Origin: Sinorhizobium meliloti | GTDB taxonomy: Bacteria > Pseudomonadota > Alphaproteobacteria > Rhizobiales > Rhizobiaceae | Direction: 5' to 3' | Assembly: GCF_017876815.1 (NCBI RefSeq) | Contig: NZ_JAGIOS010000001.1 | Span: forward strand, 2,700,001-2,732,000 | DNA length: 32,000 nucleotides | Shown here: one piece after another, positions 18,634-28,027 of the stretch | Layout: the number at the start of each line of letters is the position of its first letter | Position numbering within the stretch: position 1 is the stretch's first letter | The notes under the pieces: generated by a model | What the model saw: the letters and a program-made list of their open reading frames with translations, nothing else | Database searches by the model: none | Told to the model about the DNA's origin: nothing | Program-made: the position numbers and the translations under genes

Positions 18634-19635
18634 TTACCTCATATTCAGCTCGTCGAGCATGCCCTTGCGCTTGGCATGGTAATAATAGCCGCTGGCATAG
18701 AGCCTTACCGCGCCGTCGTGCTGGTTGTCGGCAACCATCCACGCTCCGCGCAGGTACTTCGTCGCGTATTTGAGGTTGGTTTCCGCGTCGAAGAGACCTT
18801 CGGCCGGGCCCTCATAGCCGAGACCCTTGGCCGTGTTGTAGCGGATCTGCATCAACCCGTAATTGCCTTTGCTGTAGGCTCGCGGGTTGTAGTTGCTCTC
18901 GCGCCTGACCACCCGGTGCACCAGCTCGAGCGGCAGACCGTTCAGCTCGGCATAATGTTTGATCAGCCTGTCAAGCTCCGGCCGCGAGCTGGTCGGTGTT
19001 TTTCCGGGCTTCAGCGAATCGGGGATGACGCTTGCGACCGCGCCGACTGCGGTGCCGATCACGCCTGTCTTCGGGCGCTCCGTCGGAACGATCATGCGCT
19101 TGGCGACAAGCGTTTCCAGACCGACCGGCTCGCCGGTGTCGAAATCCGATTCCCACGAGGCGGCGACCCCGATGAGCGGGACGGACTGTCCGGCGCCTTT
19201 TTCGGGGACCGGCGGCGCGGCTGCCGGGGCGATACCTGCCGAGGCGGGTGTCGCCATGGCTACTTCAAAGGGCTGTGCGGGTTTGGCCGCCGGCACGGCT
19301 ACCGACTGGGGAGCCGCGAAAGCGAGGGTCGTGTCTGTCGCGGGCGCCGTCTGCGTTTCGCCGGCGGAACCGGTTCCTGCGGCGCTTGCCGGCACTGCCG
19401 ACGAGGTTTGCGCGGTCAATGCGGCCGACGTGCTCGCCGCTGCGCCGATCGGCGCAGGCAGCGCGTAAGCCGTCGCCTCTGTGCCCGGCTTCGGCAGGGG
19501 CGTGACCGTCTGCACGGCCGTTAACTCCGCAAGCGACGTATGCTCGACCGTGGAACACCCGGAAGCAACGGCGACGGAAACGAGGGACACGGCGGCAAGT
19601 GCCCGCTTCGAAAGGGGAATACGGAAATTCGCCAT
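18634..19635 (-). CDS. lipoprotein with C-terminal SLT lytic transglycosylase domain and a long Ala/Thr/Pro-rich linker
   Basis: Lipobox VAVASGC. About 190 aa of low-complexity A/T/P/S sequence. C-terminal RRESNYNPRAYSKGNYGLMQI...TNLKYATKYL is an SLT motif. Confidence 0.8.
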   Translation of the reverse strand: MANFRIPLSKRALAAVSLVSVAVASGCSTVEHTSLAELTAVQTVTPLPKPGTEATAYALPAPIGAAASTSAALTAQTSSAVPASAAGTGSAGETQTAPATDTTLAFAAPQSVAVPAAKPAQPFEVAMATPASAGIAPAAAPPVPEKGAGQSVPLIGVAASWESDFDTGEPVGLETLVAKRMIVPTERPKTGVIGTAVGAVASVIPDSLKPGKTPTSSRPELDRLIKHYAELNGLPLELVHRVVRRESNYNPRAYSKGNYGLMQIRYNTAKGLGYEGPAEGLFDAETNLKYATKYLRGAWMVADNQHDGAVRLYASGYYYHAKRKGMLDELNMR

Positions 19636-19767
19636 GCTGTCACTTTCGTGCTTCTGGGCCCCGTAGCCCCTGCAAATCAGCGGTTGCCACCCGCCGCGCT
19701 TGAATCTCCATTAACCTATGCCGCCGGTTGCGGCAAGCACGTGGGAGCATTTCAGAGACTGCTCATT

Positions 19768-20403
19768 TCAGGACGTGGCGCGCTTCAGCCCTGCCGTCAG
19801 AAAGCCGGCGCCGATGAGCAGCGAACCACCGAGGCGATTGACGATGCGCCGGATATTCGGCTTGCGGATGGTGCTTCCGGCCGCGGCAGCAAGCCAGGCA
19901 TAGAGCGCAGCGTTGATCGTCGCGAGTATCAGGAACGTCGTCTCGAAGATCGCCATCTGCGCGAAAAGCGGCCGCGACAGATCGAGGAACTGGGGCAGGA
20001 AGGCGACGAAGAAGAGAATGCTTTTCGGGTTAAGTGCGGTCACCGCATAGGTGTGAAGGAATATCCGCAGCGGTCTTTCCGCAGGACTCGTTTCAACGGT
20101 GCTCCCGCTGTCGTTGCCGACCGGCGCCCTCCAGAGCTTGATGCCGAGCCAGACGAGATAGGCGGCGCCGATCCACTTCAGCACGGTGAAAACCGCCGCC
20201 GAGGTTGCAAGCAGGGCACCGAGGCCGAGCATCGAAGCGGTCATTGCGGTGAAATCGCCAAGAGCGACACCAGCCACGGTCGCGCCCGCGATCTTGCGGC
20301 CGTGGCCGAGCGCGTAGGAGATGACGAGAAGGATCGTGGGGCCGGGAATGGCAAGCAGCACCGCAGACGCGGCGGCAAAGGCGAACCAGTGTTCGAAGGA
20401 CAT
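19768..20403 (-). CDS. LysE/RhtB-family amino-acid exporter
   Basis: MSFEHWFAFAAASAVLLAIPGPTILLVISYAL... is the typical LysE N-terminus; 211 aa with about 6 TM segments. Start moved from the track start 20466 to the ATG at 20403. Confidence 0.8.
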   Translation of the reverse strand: MSFEHWFAFAAASAVLLAIPGPTILLVISYALGHGRKIAGATVAGVALGDFTAMTASMLGLGALLATSAAVFTVLKWIGAAYLVWLGIKLWRAPVGNDSGSTVETSPAERPLRIFLHTYAVTALNPKSILFFVAFLPQFLDLSRPLFAQMAIFETTFLILATINAALYAWLAAAAGSTIRKPNIRRIVNRLGGSLLIGAGFLTAGLKRATS

Positions 20404-20540
20404 GAAGGGGCTCCGCGGTTGAATGCTCGTGAAGAGGAGGGAGCCATGCCGGCGCGCAGCCGTCAACTCCTCCCGACCAGAAGCCCCAGCGAGAAGCGGT
20501 TCGCCGCTTCAGAAAACAGCGAACCGTTCCTCGTCGTTCA

Positions 20541-21755
20541 TCAGTCGGCCGTCTGCCACTTCTGGCCGACGACATCCATGACCTCGCCGAACCACTTCGC
20601 GGACGTGTCGAAATGCTTTCCGCCCTTGATGCGCGGGAACTCGATCGTGCGCAGCCGCCCGCCCTGATCCTCGTCGTGGCCCGTCACGCCGGAGACCTTG
20701 TTGAGCGCGCTCTCGACCGCCAGATCGACCATGCTCTGGATGAGGCGCAGATCGTCGACATTGGCGGGGGCGGAGCGTGCATAGTAGCCGGACTTCTGCA
20801 CCATTGAGCGCTCGGCGCCGAGGAGCGCCGCGAACTGCTTGGAGAACCAGTTTCCGACGTTGATCGTATCGATCTTCACATGGCCGAACGCGTCGCGCTT
20901 GACCGTCTCGCCGGCGGCCTCCCGTTCGGCGACGATGGCGTCGAGGCAGGCGCCTTCGCTCACGAACAACGTGACGAAGCCGGCTCGATCCATGACTTCG
21001 CGCAGGCGCGCGGCTTCCGCTTCGAGATCGAACGCCATCTCGGGAAGGTAGAGGCCGTCGATGTTCTTCAGCTGTGCGTTCATCATGAAGCCGTCGACAT
21101 ATTCCTTGTTGCCGGCCAGATGGATATAGGCGCGCGCGGTTGCCGCGGTCAGCCAGCCGCAGTGTCGGCCCATGACTTCATGGACGACGAGGGTGCGCGG
21201 CGCGGCGCTCTGTTCGTTGCTGACATGGTCGAAGAAGCGTGCGCCGTATTCGGCGGCCGTCCAGGCGCCGAGCGTCTGGCGGATGGGCACCACGTCGTTG
21301 TCGACCGTCTTCGGCAGGCCGACGACCGTCAGATCGTAGCCGTTGGCCCCGAGATAGGCTGCGAGATCGGCGGCGGTGGTGTTGGTATCGTCGCCGCCGA
21401 TCGTGTGCAGGATGCTGATGCCGTCGGACGCGAGCCTCTCGGCCGCGACGCGCAAAGGATTCTCCCCTTCCTTGACGAGGCCGCGCTTCACGCAGTCGGC
21501 AGTGTTGGTGAGCTTCACGCGGCTGTTGCCGATCGGCGATCCGCCGTGGCGGTGGAGCACATGCGCCTTCTCGCGCATGGCCGGGGTGATTTCGATCCGG
21601 TCGGCGAGAAGCAGGCCCTGATAGCCGGAACGGTAGGCCACGAGCTCATAGTCCGGCGCGATGTCGGTGTAGCGTTCGATCAGGCCGCCGACAGCGGATG
21701 AAAGGCAGGGCGCGAGCCCGCCTGCCGTCAACATTGCGACTTTCTTCTTGGCCAT
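20541..21755 (-). CDS. pfp: pyrophosphate--fructose-6-phosphate 1-phosphotransferase (PPi-dependent phosphofructokinase)
   Basis: 404 aa with SD AGGAGG. MLTAGGLAPCLSS, TIGGDDT (Asp in place of the Gly of ATP-dependent enzymes, diagnostic of PPi dependence), LPKTVDND and MGRHCGW. Confidence 0.88.
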   Translation of the reverse strand: MAKKKVAMLTAGGLAPCLSSAVGGLIERYTDIAPDYELVAYRSGYQGLLLADRIEITPAMREKAHVLHRHGGSPIGNSRVKLTNTADCVKRGLVKEGENPLRVAAERLASDGISILHTIGGDDTNTTAADLAAYLGANGYDLTVVGLPKTVDNDVVPIRQTLGAWTAAEYGARFFDHVSNEQSAAPRTLVVHEVMGRHCGWLTAATARAYIHLAGNKEYVDGFMMNAQLKNIDGLYLPEMAFDLEAEAARLREVMDRAGFVTLFVSEGACLDAIVAEREAAGETVKRDAFGHVKIDTINVGNWFSKQFAALLGAERSMVQKSGYYARSAPANVDDLRLIQSMVDLAVESALNKVSGVTGHDEDQGGRLRTIEFPRIKGGKHFDTSAKWFGEVMDVVGQKWQTAD

Positions 21756-22097
21756 GGGGTCCTCCTGGGGATTTCGGCATCAAGCGATCGCTCGTGAGAT
21801 CGACCGCATTCTAATTCCTTGCCTTGGATCAAAGATAGCGGTGGTCTAACCCAAATCCGATGGAAATTAAATGACAGGCCTGTGGATCGCGAGAAATGGG
21901 AACCGGCTCGCGGTTGCGGCGTTGCGCCTGAAAGTCGCACGGTGGCGTCCAGGAATTCGATTGAGATTTGTGGCGATATGAATTATTGAGGGGCCATCAC
22001 AAATTCGTCATCCATGATGATTGACGCGGCTCTGCCGCTTGCAAATCGCCACCGCATAAGATCATGCTCGCGTGGTGGACAGGGAACAATCGCACTT

Positions 22098-22805
22098 ATG
22101 TCATTTTGGGACAGCCTGCTCAAAATCGTCACGACCACTGGTAACGCGCTTACGGGAGTGGTCGAGGCGGTCCGGACGCTCTTCGAAGGAGATCCGGAAA
22201 CTCGGCGAAAGGTCGCCTTTTCGGTCGCCATGATCGCCCTTTCGGCGAAAATGGCGAAGGCCGACGGCATCGTGAACGAGGCCGAGGTGAGCGCCTTTCG
22301 CGACATCTTCAAGTTTCCCGCGGACCAGGCGAAGAACGTCGCCAGGCTTTACAATCTCGCCCGCCAGGACGTTGCCGGCTACGAGGCCTATGCGGAGAAA
22401 ATGGCTTCGCTCTGCTCCTCCTGCGAGAGGAATTGCCCGATCCTCGAAGACATCGTCGACGGCCTCTTCCATATCGCGAAGTCCGACGGGGCGGTGCACG
22501 AGAAGGAACTTACGTTCCTGAGGCGCGTGGCTGAGATATTCAGGATGGATGACGAGCATTTCGGATGCATCATGGCGCGCCACGTTCATGGCGACGACCG
22601 CGATCCCTATCAGGTTCTCGGCGTTTCGCCGAAGGATGACTTTTCCGCGATTCGCAAGCGCTACCGCGTTCTCGTTTCCGAGAACCACCCGGACATGCTC
22701 GTGGCGCGCGGCGTGCCGGAAGAATTCCACGCGATCGCCAACGATCGCATGGCCGTGCTCAACGCGGCCTACGAGGCGATCGAAAGAGAACGTCGCGCCG
22801 CATGA
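22098..22805 (+). CDS. TerB-domain / C-terminal J-domain co-chaperone (DjlA-like, without TM anchor)
   Basis: The N-terminal two thirds resemble the TerB/DjlA central domain (ALSAKMAKADGIVNEAE..., HIAKSDGAVHEKE...). The C-terminal J domain is DPYQVLGVSPKDDFSAIRKRYRVLVSENHPD. Start at the ATG at 22098. Confidence 0.75.
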   Translation: MSFWDSLLKIVTTTGNALTGVVEAVRTLFEGDPETRRKVAFSVAMIALSAKMAKADGIVNEAEVSAFRDIFKFPADQAKNVARLYNLARQDVAGYEAYAEKMASLCSSCERNCPILEDIVDGLFHIAKSDGAVHEKELTFLRRVAEIFRMDDEHFGCIMARHVHGDDRDPYQVLGVSPKDDFSAIRKRYRVLVSENHPDMLVARGVPEEFHAIANDRMAVLNAAYEAIERERRAA

Positions 22806-23566
22806 CATCCGAGACCTGCGATTTCCCCGGCGCTCATCTCGTGCCCTCGCCCAACCATGGCGAGCGCGCCGGCGGGCGCAGGCCGGATATGATCATCCTT
22901 CATTATACCGGCATGGAGACGGCGGCGTCCGCGCTCGACTGGCTCTGTCGCGAGGAAAGCCAGGTCTCCTGTCATTATTTCGTGGACGAGGAGGGGCGAA
23001 TCGCCCAACTGGTGCCGGAAGAACGCCGGGCCTGGCACGCGGGCAAGGGCGTCTGGAAGGGCGAGACGGATATCAATTCGTGCTCCATCGGGATCGAGAT
23101 TGCCAATGCCGGTCACCCGGGAGGCCTCCCGGATTTCCCTGAGGCACAGATCGAGGCGGTCGCCGAATTGTGTCTGGACTGTGGCGAACGCTGGCAAATC
23201 ACCCCGGAGAGGGTGCTTGCGCATAGCGATATCGCGCCGATTCGCAAGGTTGATCCTGGAGAAAATTTTCCTTGGGATGTGCTCTTTCGTCGCGGGGTCG
23301 GGCACTGGGTTGAACCGGCGCCCGTGAGGGGCGGCCGCTTCTTTCAGCGCGGCGACAGCGGTCAGCCCGTGGAAGCGCTCCAGTCCATGCTTTTGCTTTA
23401 TGGTTATGGGGTTGAAATCACTGGTGATTTTTGCGCGAGAACCGAAGGCGTGGTCGCCGCGTTTCAGCGCCATTTCCGACAATCGCGAGTAGACGGCATC
23501 GCCGACGTTTCCACCATCGATACGCTGCACCGCCTGCTTTCGGCATTGCCGATTCCCAACGCCTGA
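22802..23566 (+). CDS. N-acetylmuramoyl-L-alanine amidase (Amidase_2, AmpD/AmiD type) with C-terminal PG_binding_1 domain
   Basis: SPNHGER...IILHYTGM...HYFVDEEGRI..RAWHAG..NSCSIGIEI...HSDIAP.RKVDPG is the amidase_2 pattern. C-terminal GDSGQPVEALQSMLLLYGYGVEITGDF is a PG-binding motif. The ATG overlaps the upstream stop (ATGA at 22802-22805). No N-terminal signal peptide is visible. Confidence 0.85.
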   Translation: MTSETCDFPGAHLVPSPNHGERAGGRRPDMIILHYTGMETAASALDWLCREESQVSCHYFVDEEGRIAQLVPEERRAWHAGKGVWKGETDINSCSIGIEIANAGHPGGLPDFPEAQIEAVAELCLDCGERWQITPERVLAHSDIAPIRKVDPGENFPWDVLFRRGVGHWVEPAPVRGGRFFQRGDSGQPVEALQSMLLLYGYGVEITGDFCARTEGVVAAFQRHFRQSRVDGIADVSTIDTLHRLLSALPIPNA

Positions 23567-23792
23567 CAGGCGATTTTTGTTCCCCCTAAATTAGCGTGGG
23601 TTTGTTTTTCGTGCACGATTTTCTCGTGCTGCCACATGTTTACCATGATGCGCCGGTCATTTCCGTTGCATCAACTGCAGGGGATGTGGCGCCGAGCGCG
23701 GCACCTTTGTCAATGAAAACGATCGGGAAATTCGATCGTGGCGGTGGGGTGCGCCGCGCGATCGGTTCCCCAGACCGGAGACTTCAAACTAA

Positions 23793-24332
23793 ATGAGAAT
23801 AGCGTCTGTTGCTGCGGTGGCGGCATGCCTTGGCATGTTCTTCGCCGGGATTGGTACGTCGTATGCGGGGGGCATCGACAAAACCGTCAAGACTTCTGCG
23901 ATTCCGTCGGTGACCAGAACGACGGGTTATCCGAAACCTGACCTGACATTGCCACGCGGATCCCAATATACGATCCTCATCCAGTCCTATGCCAAGCAAT
24001 ACGGCATTCCGGCCGATCTCGCTCACGCCATCGTCGAGGTCGAGAGCAACTTCAATGCCAAGGCTCGCGGAAGCGCCGGCGAGGTCGGTCTGATGCAGAT
24101 CAAGCCGGCCACGGCCCGGATGATGGGCTATACCGGCTCGATCAAAGAACTCTACGAGCCTGAGACCAATATCAAGTTCGGGATGAAGTACCTGGCGAAG
24201 GCGCAGGAGCTTTCGGACGGGACGACCTGCGGCACCATCCTCAAATACAATGCCGGCCATGGCGCGAAGCGAATGAACCCCGTTTCGAAGCGCTACTGCG
24301 GTAAAGTCAAGAACATCCTGGACTGGCTGTGA
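23793..24332 (+). CDS. secreted SLT-domain lytic transglycosylase
   Basis: Signal peptide MRIASVAAVAACLGMFFAGIGTSYA/GG. The catalytic region is VEVESNFNAKARGSAGEVGLMQI...TNIKFGMKYL. Confidence 0.85.
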   Translation: MRIASVAAVAACLGMFFAGIGTSYAGGIDKTVKTSAIPSVTRTTGYPKPDLTLPRGSQYTILIQSYAKQYGIPADLAHAIVEVESNFNAKARGSAGEVGLMQIKPATARMMGYTGSIKELYEPETNIKFGMKYLAKAQELSDGTTCGTILKYNAGHGAKRMNPVSKRYCGKVKNILDWL

Positions 24333-24469
24333 TCTACCGGATGTGACGCTGCAAGACATAGGCCGGATGGGTATCGCGTTCCGGCATATTGTTGATTGTT
24401 CGAAGGAATTCGGTGCGGAAGCCTGAACGGCATGCTATCTCGGTCGCGAAGCGAACATCGGGGAAGGGC

Positions 24470-25657
24470 ATGTCGGAAAGCGTTGATTTCGTCATCATTG
24501 GCAAGGGGATGATGGGCGCAGCAGCGGCGCGTCATCTTGCGAGGGCAGGCGCCGGTGTCGCGCTTATCGGCCCCGATGAGCCGGAGGACTGGGCGAACCA
24601 CGGCGGCGTTTTCGCCAGTCATTACGACAATGCCCGCATCACCCGTACGATCGACGACGACCCGGTCTGGGCGCGTCTGGCTCGGCGCTCGATCGATCGC
24701 TATCCGGAAATTGCACTGGAGAGCGGCGTCGAATTCTATTTTCCCGTCGGCTGTCTGATCGCGGCTCCGGCTCCCGGCGGCGCGTTCGATTATATCGAGA
24801 ATGTCGAGCGTGCCCGCGACAGACTCGGCGTCGAGGCGCCGCTGATCCCTGGCGACGACCTTGCCGGGCGGTTTCCCTGGTTCCGCTTCCCGCAAGGCTA
24901 TGCCGGAGTTCACGAGGCAAGCGGCGCAGGTTACATAAATCCTCGTTCGCTCGTCCGCGCGCAAACGATCGCGGCCGAGAAATCGGGTGCACGGGTGATT
25001 CGCTCGGAGGTGGTCTCGGTCGAAGACGGTCCCGATCGCGTGGTGGTCAGGACCATCGACGGGCACCTGGTTCGTGCCGGCCGCGCCCTGGTCGCCGCAG
25101 GCGGCTTCTCGCTATCGCAGGCGCTTCTCCCGCGGGCGCTCGATCTTGCGGTAAAGGCGCGCACCGTGCTTTTTGCGGAGGTCGGCGCGGATGATCTTCC
25201 CATCTATCAAGGCATGCCATCGCTGATCGGGGCCGCGCCGGAGCAGGAGAGAAGCTACTATCTGTTGCCGCCGGTTGCCTATGCCGACGGCAGACACTAC
25301 ATAAAGATCGGCGGCGATCCGACCGATCGGATCCTTGCGAGCGAGCCGGCGATCAGGGATTGGTTTCGAGGCGGTGCAAACGCGGAAGCGGCCGAACACA
25401 TGCGCGGACTGCTCGCCGAGACGATCCCCGATCTGAGACCCGTTTCGACGCATTATTCGCCCTGCGTCACCGCGTTCACGCGACACGGCTATCCTTATAT
25501 AGGTTTCGTGAGCGACCGCATCGCCGTGCTCACCGGCGGCAACGGCCAGGCTGCCAAGAGCTCCGACGAGATCGGCAGGCTCGGCGCGGTGCTGGTGGCG
25601 GACGGCCGGCTCGAGGCGGACGAGTACGAGACGGATTTCGCGGTCGCGTATCGTTAA
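24470..25657 (+). CDS. FAD-dependent oxidoreductase (DAO / sarcosine oxidase-like family)
   Basis: MSESVDFVIIGKGMMGAAAARHLA contains a GxGxxG Rossmann motif. The ATG at 24470 is preceded by GGGAAGGG. The track start at 24389 is a TTG with no SD. Confidence 0.7.
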   Translation: MSESVDFVIIGKGMMGAAAARHLARAGAGVALIGPDEPEDWANHGGVFASHYDNARITRTIDDDPVWARLARRSIDRYPEIALESGVEFYFPVGCLIAAPAPGGAFDYIENVERARDRLGVEAPLIPGDDLAGRFPWFRFPQGYAGVHEASGAGYINPRSLVRAQTIAAEKSGARVIRSEVVSVEDGPDRVVVRTIDGHLVRAGRALVAAGGFSLSQALLPRALDLAVKARTVLFAEVGADDLPIYQGMPSLIGAAPEQERSYYLLPPVAYADGRHYIKIGGDPTDRILASEPAIRDWFRGGANAEAAEHMRGLLAETIPDLRPVSTHYSPCVTAFTRHGYPYIGFVSDRIAVLTGGNGQAAKSSDEIGRLGAVLVADGRLEADEYETDFAVAYR

Positions 25658-25727
25658 GTAACCGCCGGACGGGGCGGCAGCGCCGATTTCTCTGGCGCTC
25701 GCTGCGCCGGTCGTTTAATGAGCCTCT

Positions 25728-26123
25728 GCCAGTTGGCCGGGCAGCCGCGCCTCGCAAGTGCCGAAAGGCCGCGGGGCGAGGAAAGTCCGGGCTCCACGGA
25801 AACACGGTGCCGGATAACGTCCGGCGGGGGCGACCCCAGGGAAAGTGCCACAGAAAGCAGACCGCTCCGCTTGCGGAGTAAGGGTGAAAGGGTGGGGTAA
25901 GAGCCCACCGCGGACATGGCGACATGGACGGCACGGCAAACCCCACCGGGAGCAAGACCGAATAGGGACGACACGGGCGCGCAAGCGCCCAGCCGGTTTC
26001 CAGGCGCGTCGTCCGGGTGGGTTGCACGAGGCTGCGCGCAAGCGCAGTCCCAGATGAATGGCTGCCAAGTTTCGTCTCTCCGGAGGCGGAGCCATACAGA
26101 ACCCGGCTTACAGGCCAACTGGC
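25728..26123 (+). ncRNA. rnpB: RNase P RNA, bacterial type A
   Basis: The universally conserved gaggaaagtccgggctcca (about 25779-25797) and acagaacccggctta (26096-26110) form P4. The P1 helix is gccagttggcc (25728-25738) / ggccaactggc (26113-26123). taagggtgaaagggtggggtaagagcccaccg matches the P10-P12 region of E. coli M1 RNA. A T6 run follows the 3' end. Ends are approximate to +/-5 nt. Confidence 0.93.
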
Positions 26124-26330
26124 TTTTTTCTTTGCAGCGCTCCTGCGGCAAAGCACGTTTCCTGAATTTCCCTGGTTCCTGCGAATCACGCCTGCGAGGT
26201 TTGCCGCACCTCACCGGCGTGGCTCGCTTTTGCGCGCGATTCCAAGGGATTAGGGTTCGGATCGTAACCCTTTGTTAAACTTAACAACCTATCAATATTT
26301 GATCATCCGCAAGGCTGGTTACGAGCTTCT

Positions 26331-26368
26331 CCCATTGACGCCCATTTGGTCCCATGTTATCCCATAAT
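26331..26368 (+). promoter_or_regulatory. putative dcw (Pmra) promoter overlapped by four 10-bp-phased CCCAT (= TGGGN on the other strand) direct repeats; candidate MraZ operator
   Basis: CCCATtgacg CCCATttggt CCCATgttat CCCATaatgg, starting at 26331, 26341, 26351 and 26361. TTGACG (26335-26340), a 17-nt spacer, then TATCCC (26358-26363) preceded by TGT resembles a sigma-70 promoter. E. coli MraZ binds TGGGN direct repeats with 10-bp periodicity at Pmra. Confidence 0.65.
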
Positions 26369-26540
26369 GGTACTGCGCAAGGGCCGTGCAATGGCCCGCC
26401 ATCGCGAAATTCGAGGCTTCCGTCGATGGAAGGATCAGGCGGGCACGCACGTGCCCGGCGGGGGATCTTTGCGCGGTCGTGCGAGTGTATGTGCGGGCCG
26501 ATGATCGTGGCCCGTCAATCGGGGGCGGCCGTTTCGCGTC

Positions 26541-26981
26541 ATGAACCGCTTCTTGTCACATGTTACGAACCGGATCGATGCCAAGGGGCGGGTCTCCGTC
26601 CCTTCGGTCTTCCGTGCCGTGCTTTTGGAGGCGGGCGTGCGGGAGTTATACTGTTTTCAGGACTTCGTCTTTCCGGCGATCAGCGTCGGCGGACCGGAGC
26701 TTCTGGACCGGTTCGAGAAGCAGATGGCCGCCGAGGATCCGTTTTCGGATGCGGCCAACGAGATGTCGCTCCTTGTTCATGGGGGCGGGGTCTATGTGAA
26801 GCTCGACCCGGAGGGCCGGTTGATGGTGACGGATTTCATCCGCGACTTTACCGGCATCTCGAACGACGTGACCTTCGTCGGGCGGGGCGATCATTTTCAG
26901 CTCTGGGATCCGCAGGCGTTTGCGAGGGCGCAGGCGGAGGCCAGGGAAGGGCGCAAGCAACGGGGGCTGCGTTCGCAATAG
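26541..26981 (+). CDS. mraZ: division/cell wall cluster transcriptional regulator MraZ
   Basis: 146 aa. [25 protein letters not shown] and the second repeat [11 protein letters not shown] are the two SpoVT-AbrB/MraZ DxxxR-type repeats. It is the first gene of the dcw cluster. Confidence 0.92.
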   Translation: MNRFLSHVTNRIDAKGRVSVPSVFRAVLLEAGVRELYCFQDFVFPAISVGGPELLDRFEKQMAAEDPFSDAANEMSLLVHGGGVYVKLDPEGRLMVTDFIRDFTGISNDVTFVGRGDHFQLWDPQAFARAQAEAREGRKQRGLRSQ

Positions 26982-26995
26982 AGTGGAGAGGCGGA

Positions 26996-28021
26996 ATGGT
27001 GACGGATCAAGGCGGCGGAACTTCTGAAGCCGACGGCGGACCGGTTCGTCACATTCCCGTCCTCCTGAAGGAAGTTCTCGCAGCTCTGGACCCCGCTCCC
27101 GGCAAGATCATTCTCGACGGCACCTTCGGCGCCGGCGGCTACGCATCCGCCATTCTCGATGCCGGTGCCGACGTCGTCGCGCTCGACCGCGATCCGACGG
27201 CGATCGCCGCGGGGCAGTCGATGATGCACGCCAGCGGCGGGCGGCTGAAGCTCGTTCATTCCCGTTTTTCCGATCTGGCCGAACATGCGCCGGCACAAGG
27301 GCTCGACGGCGTCGTGCTCGATATCGGCGTCTCTTCCATGCAGATCGACGAGGCGGAGCGTGGCTTCTCCTTTCAGAAGAAGGGGCCGCTCGACATGCGT
27401 ATGTCGGCCGCCGGGGTGTCCGCCGCCGATGTCGTCAATCGCGCGAAGGTGTCGGACCTCATCCGCATCTTCGGCTTCCTCGGAGAGGAAAAGCAGGCGG
27501 GGCGGATTGCGCGTGCCATCGAAAAGCGCCGCGCCGAGACGCCGTTCGAGACGACCCGCGATCTCGCAAATCTCATCGAGACGGTTACGCCACGCAAGGC
27601 CAAGGACAAGATCCACCCGGCAACGCGCGTCTTCCAGGCGCTGCGCATCTTCGTCAACGACGAGCTGGGCGAACTCGCCCATGCCCTGTTTGCGGCCGAG
27701 CGGGCTCTGAAACCCGGCGGCCGGCTTGTCGTCGTTACCTTCCATTCGCTCGAAGATCGAATCGTAAAGACGTTCTTCCAGGATCGCTCCGGCAAGGCGG
27801 GCGGCTCCCGCCATCTGCCGCTGGTGACGGCGCGCGCCGCAACCTTCACGCCAGTCGGCAAGCCTATGGTTGCGGCAAGCGAGGAGGAGGCGTCCCGCAA
27901 TCCTCGTGCCCGGTCCGCGAAGCTAAGAGCGGGTGTCCGCACCGAGGCTCCGTCGCCGGGCGCCGATCTTTCGATTTTCAATCTGCCGGAACTGGCGAGC
28001 CTTGCAAGGCTGGGGGGCTAG
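26996..28021 (+). CDS. rsmH: 16S rRNA (cytosine1402-N4)-methyltransferase RsmH (MraW)
   Basis: [13 protein letters not shown]...[10 protein letters not shown]...[15 protein letters not shown]...LDMRM...[11 protein letters not shown]. The track ORF begins at 26354, but that extension overlaps mraZ. The ATG at 26996 follows GGAGAGGCGGA. Confidence 0.9.
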   Translation: MVTDQGGGTSEADGGPVRHIPVLLKEVLAALDPAPGKIILDGTFGAGGYASAILDAGADVVALDRDPTAIAAGQSMMHASGGRLKLVHSRFSDLAEHAPAQGLDGVVLDIGVSSMQIDEAERGFSFQKKGPLDMRMSAAGVSAADVVNRAKVSDLIRIFGFLGEEKQAGRIARAIEKRRAETPFETTRDLANLIETVTPRKAKDKIHPATRVFQALRIFVNDELGELAHALFAAERALKPGGRLVVVTFHSLEDRIVKTFFQDRSGKAGGSRHLPLVTARAATFTPVGKPMVAASEEEASRNPRARSAKLRAGVRTEAPSPGADLSIFNLPELASLARLGG

Positions 28022-28027
28022 AAGACG

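Noticed and set aside
24362-24400. Terminator-like hairpin gccgga-N12-tccggc followed by atattgttgattgtt, after the SLT gene
   Set aside because: The stem is only 6 bp with a 12-nt loop, which is too weak to list as a feature.
25530-26278. Several 60-219-aa ORFs on both strands across 25530-26278
   Set aside because: The region is the RNase P RNA gene; both conserved P4 strands and the P1 helix are present. The ORFs are fortuitous.
26270-26300. CtrA-box-like TTAA motifs (gttaaacttaacaacc) and two GANTC sites upstream of mraZ
   Set aside because: The spacing is TTAA-N2-TTAA, not TTAA-N7-TTAA. Two GANTC sites in about 400 nt is close to chance expectation.
26354-26995. N-terminal 214-aa extension of the rsmH ORF (the track gives a 555-aa protein)
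   Set aside because: The extension overlaps the well-supported mraZ gene in another frame and covers the promoter region. Recognisable RsmH sequence begins at the ATG at 26996, which has an SD.
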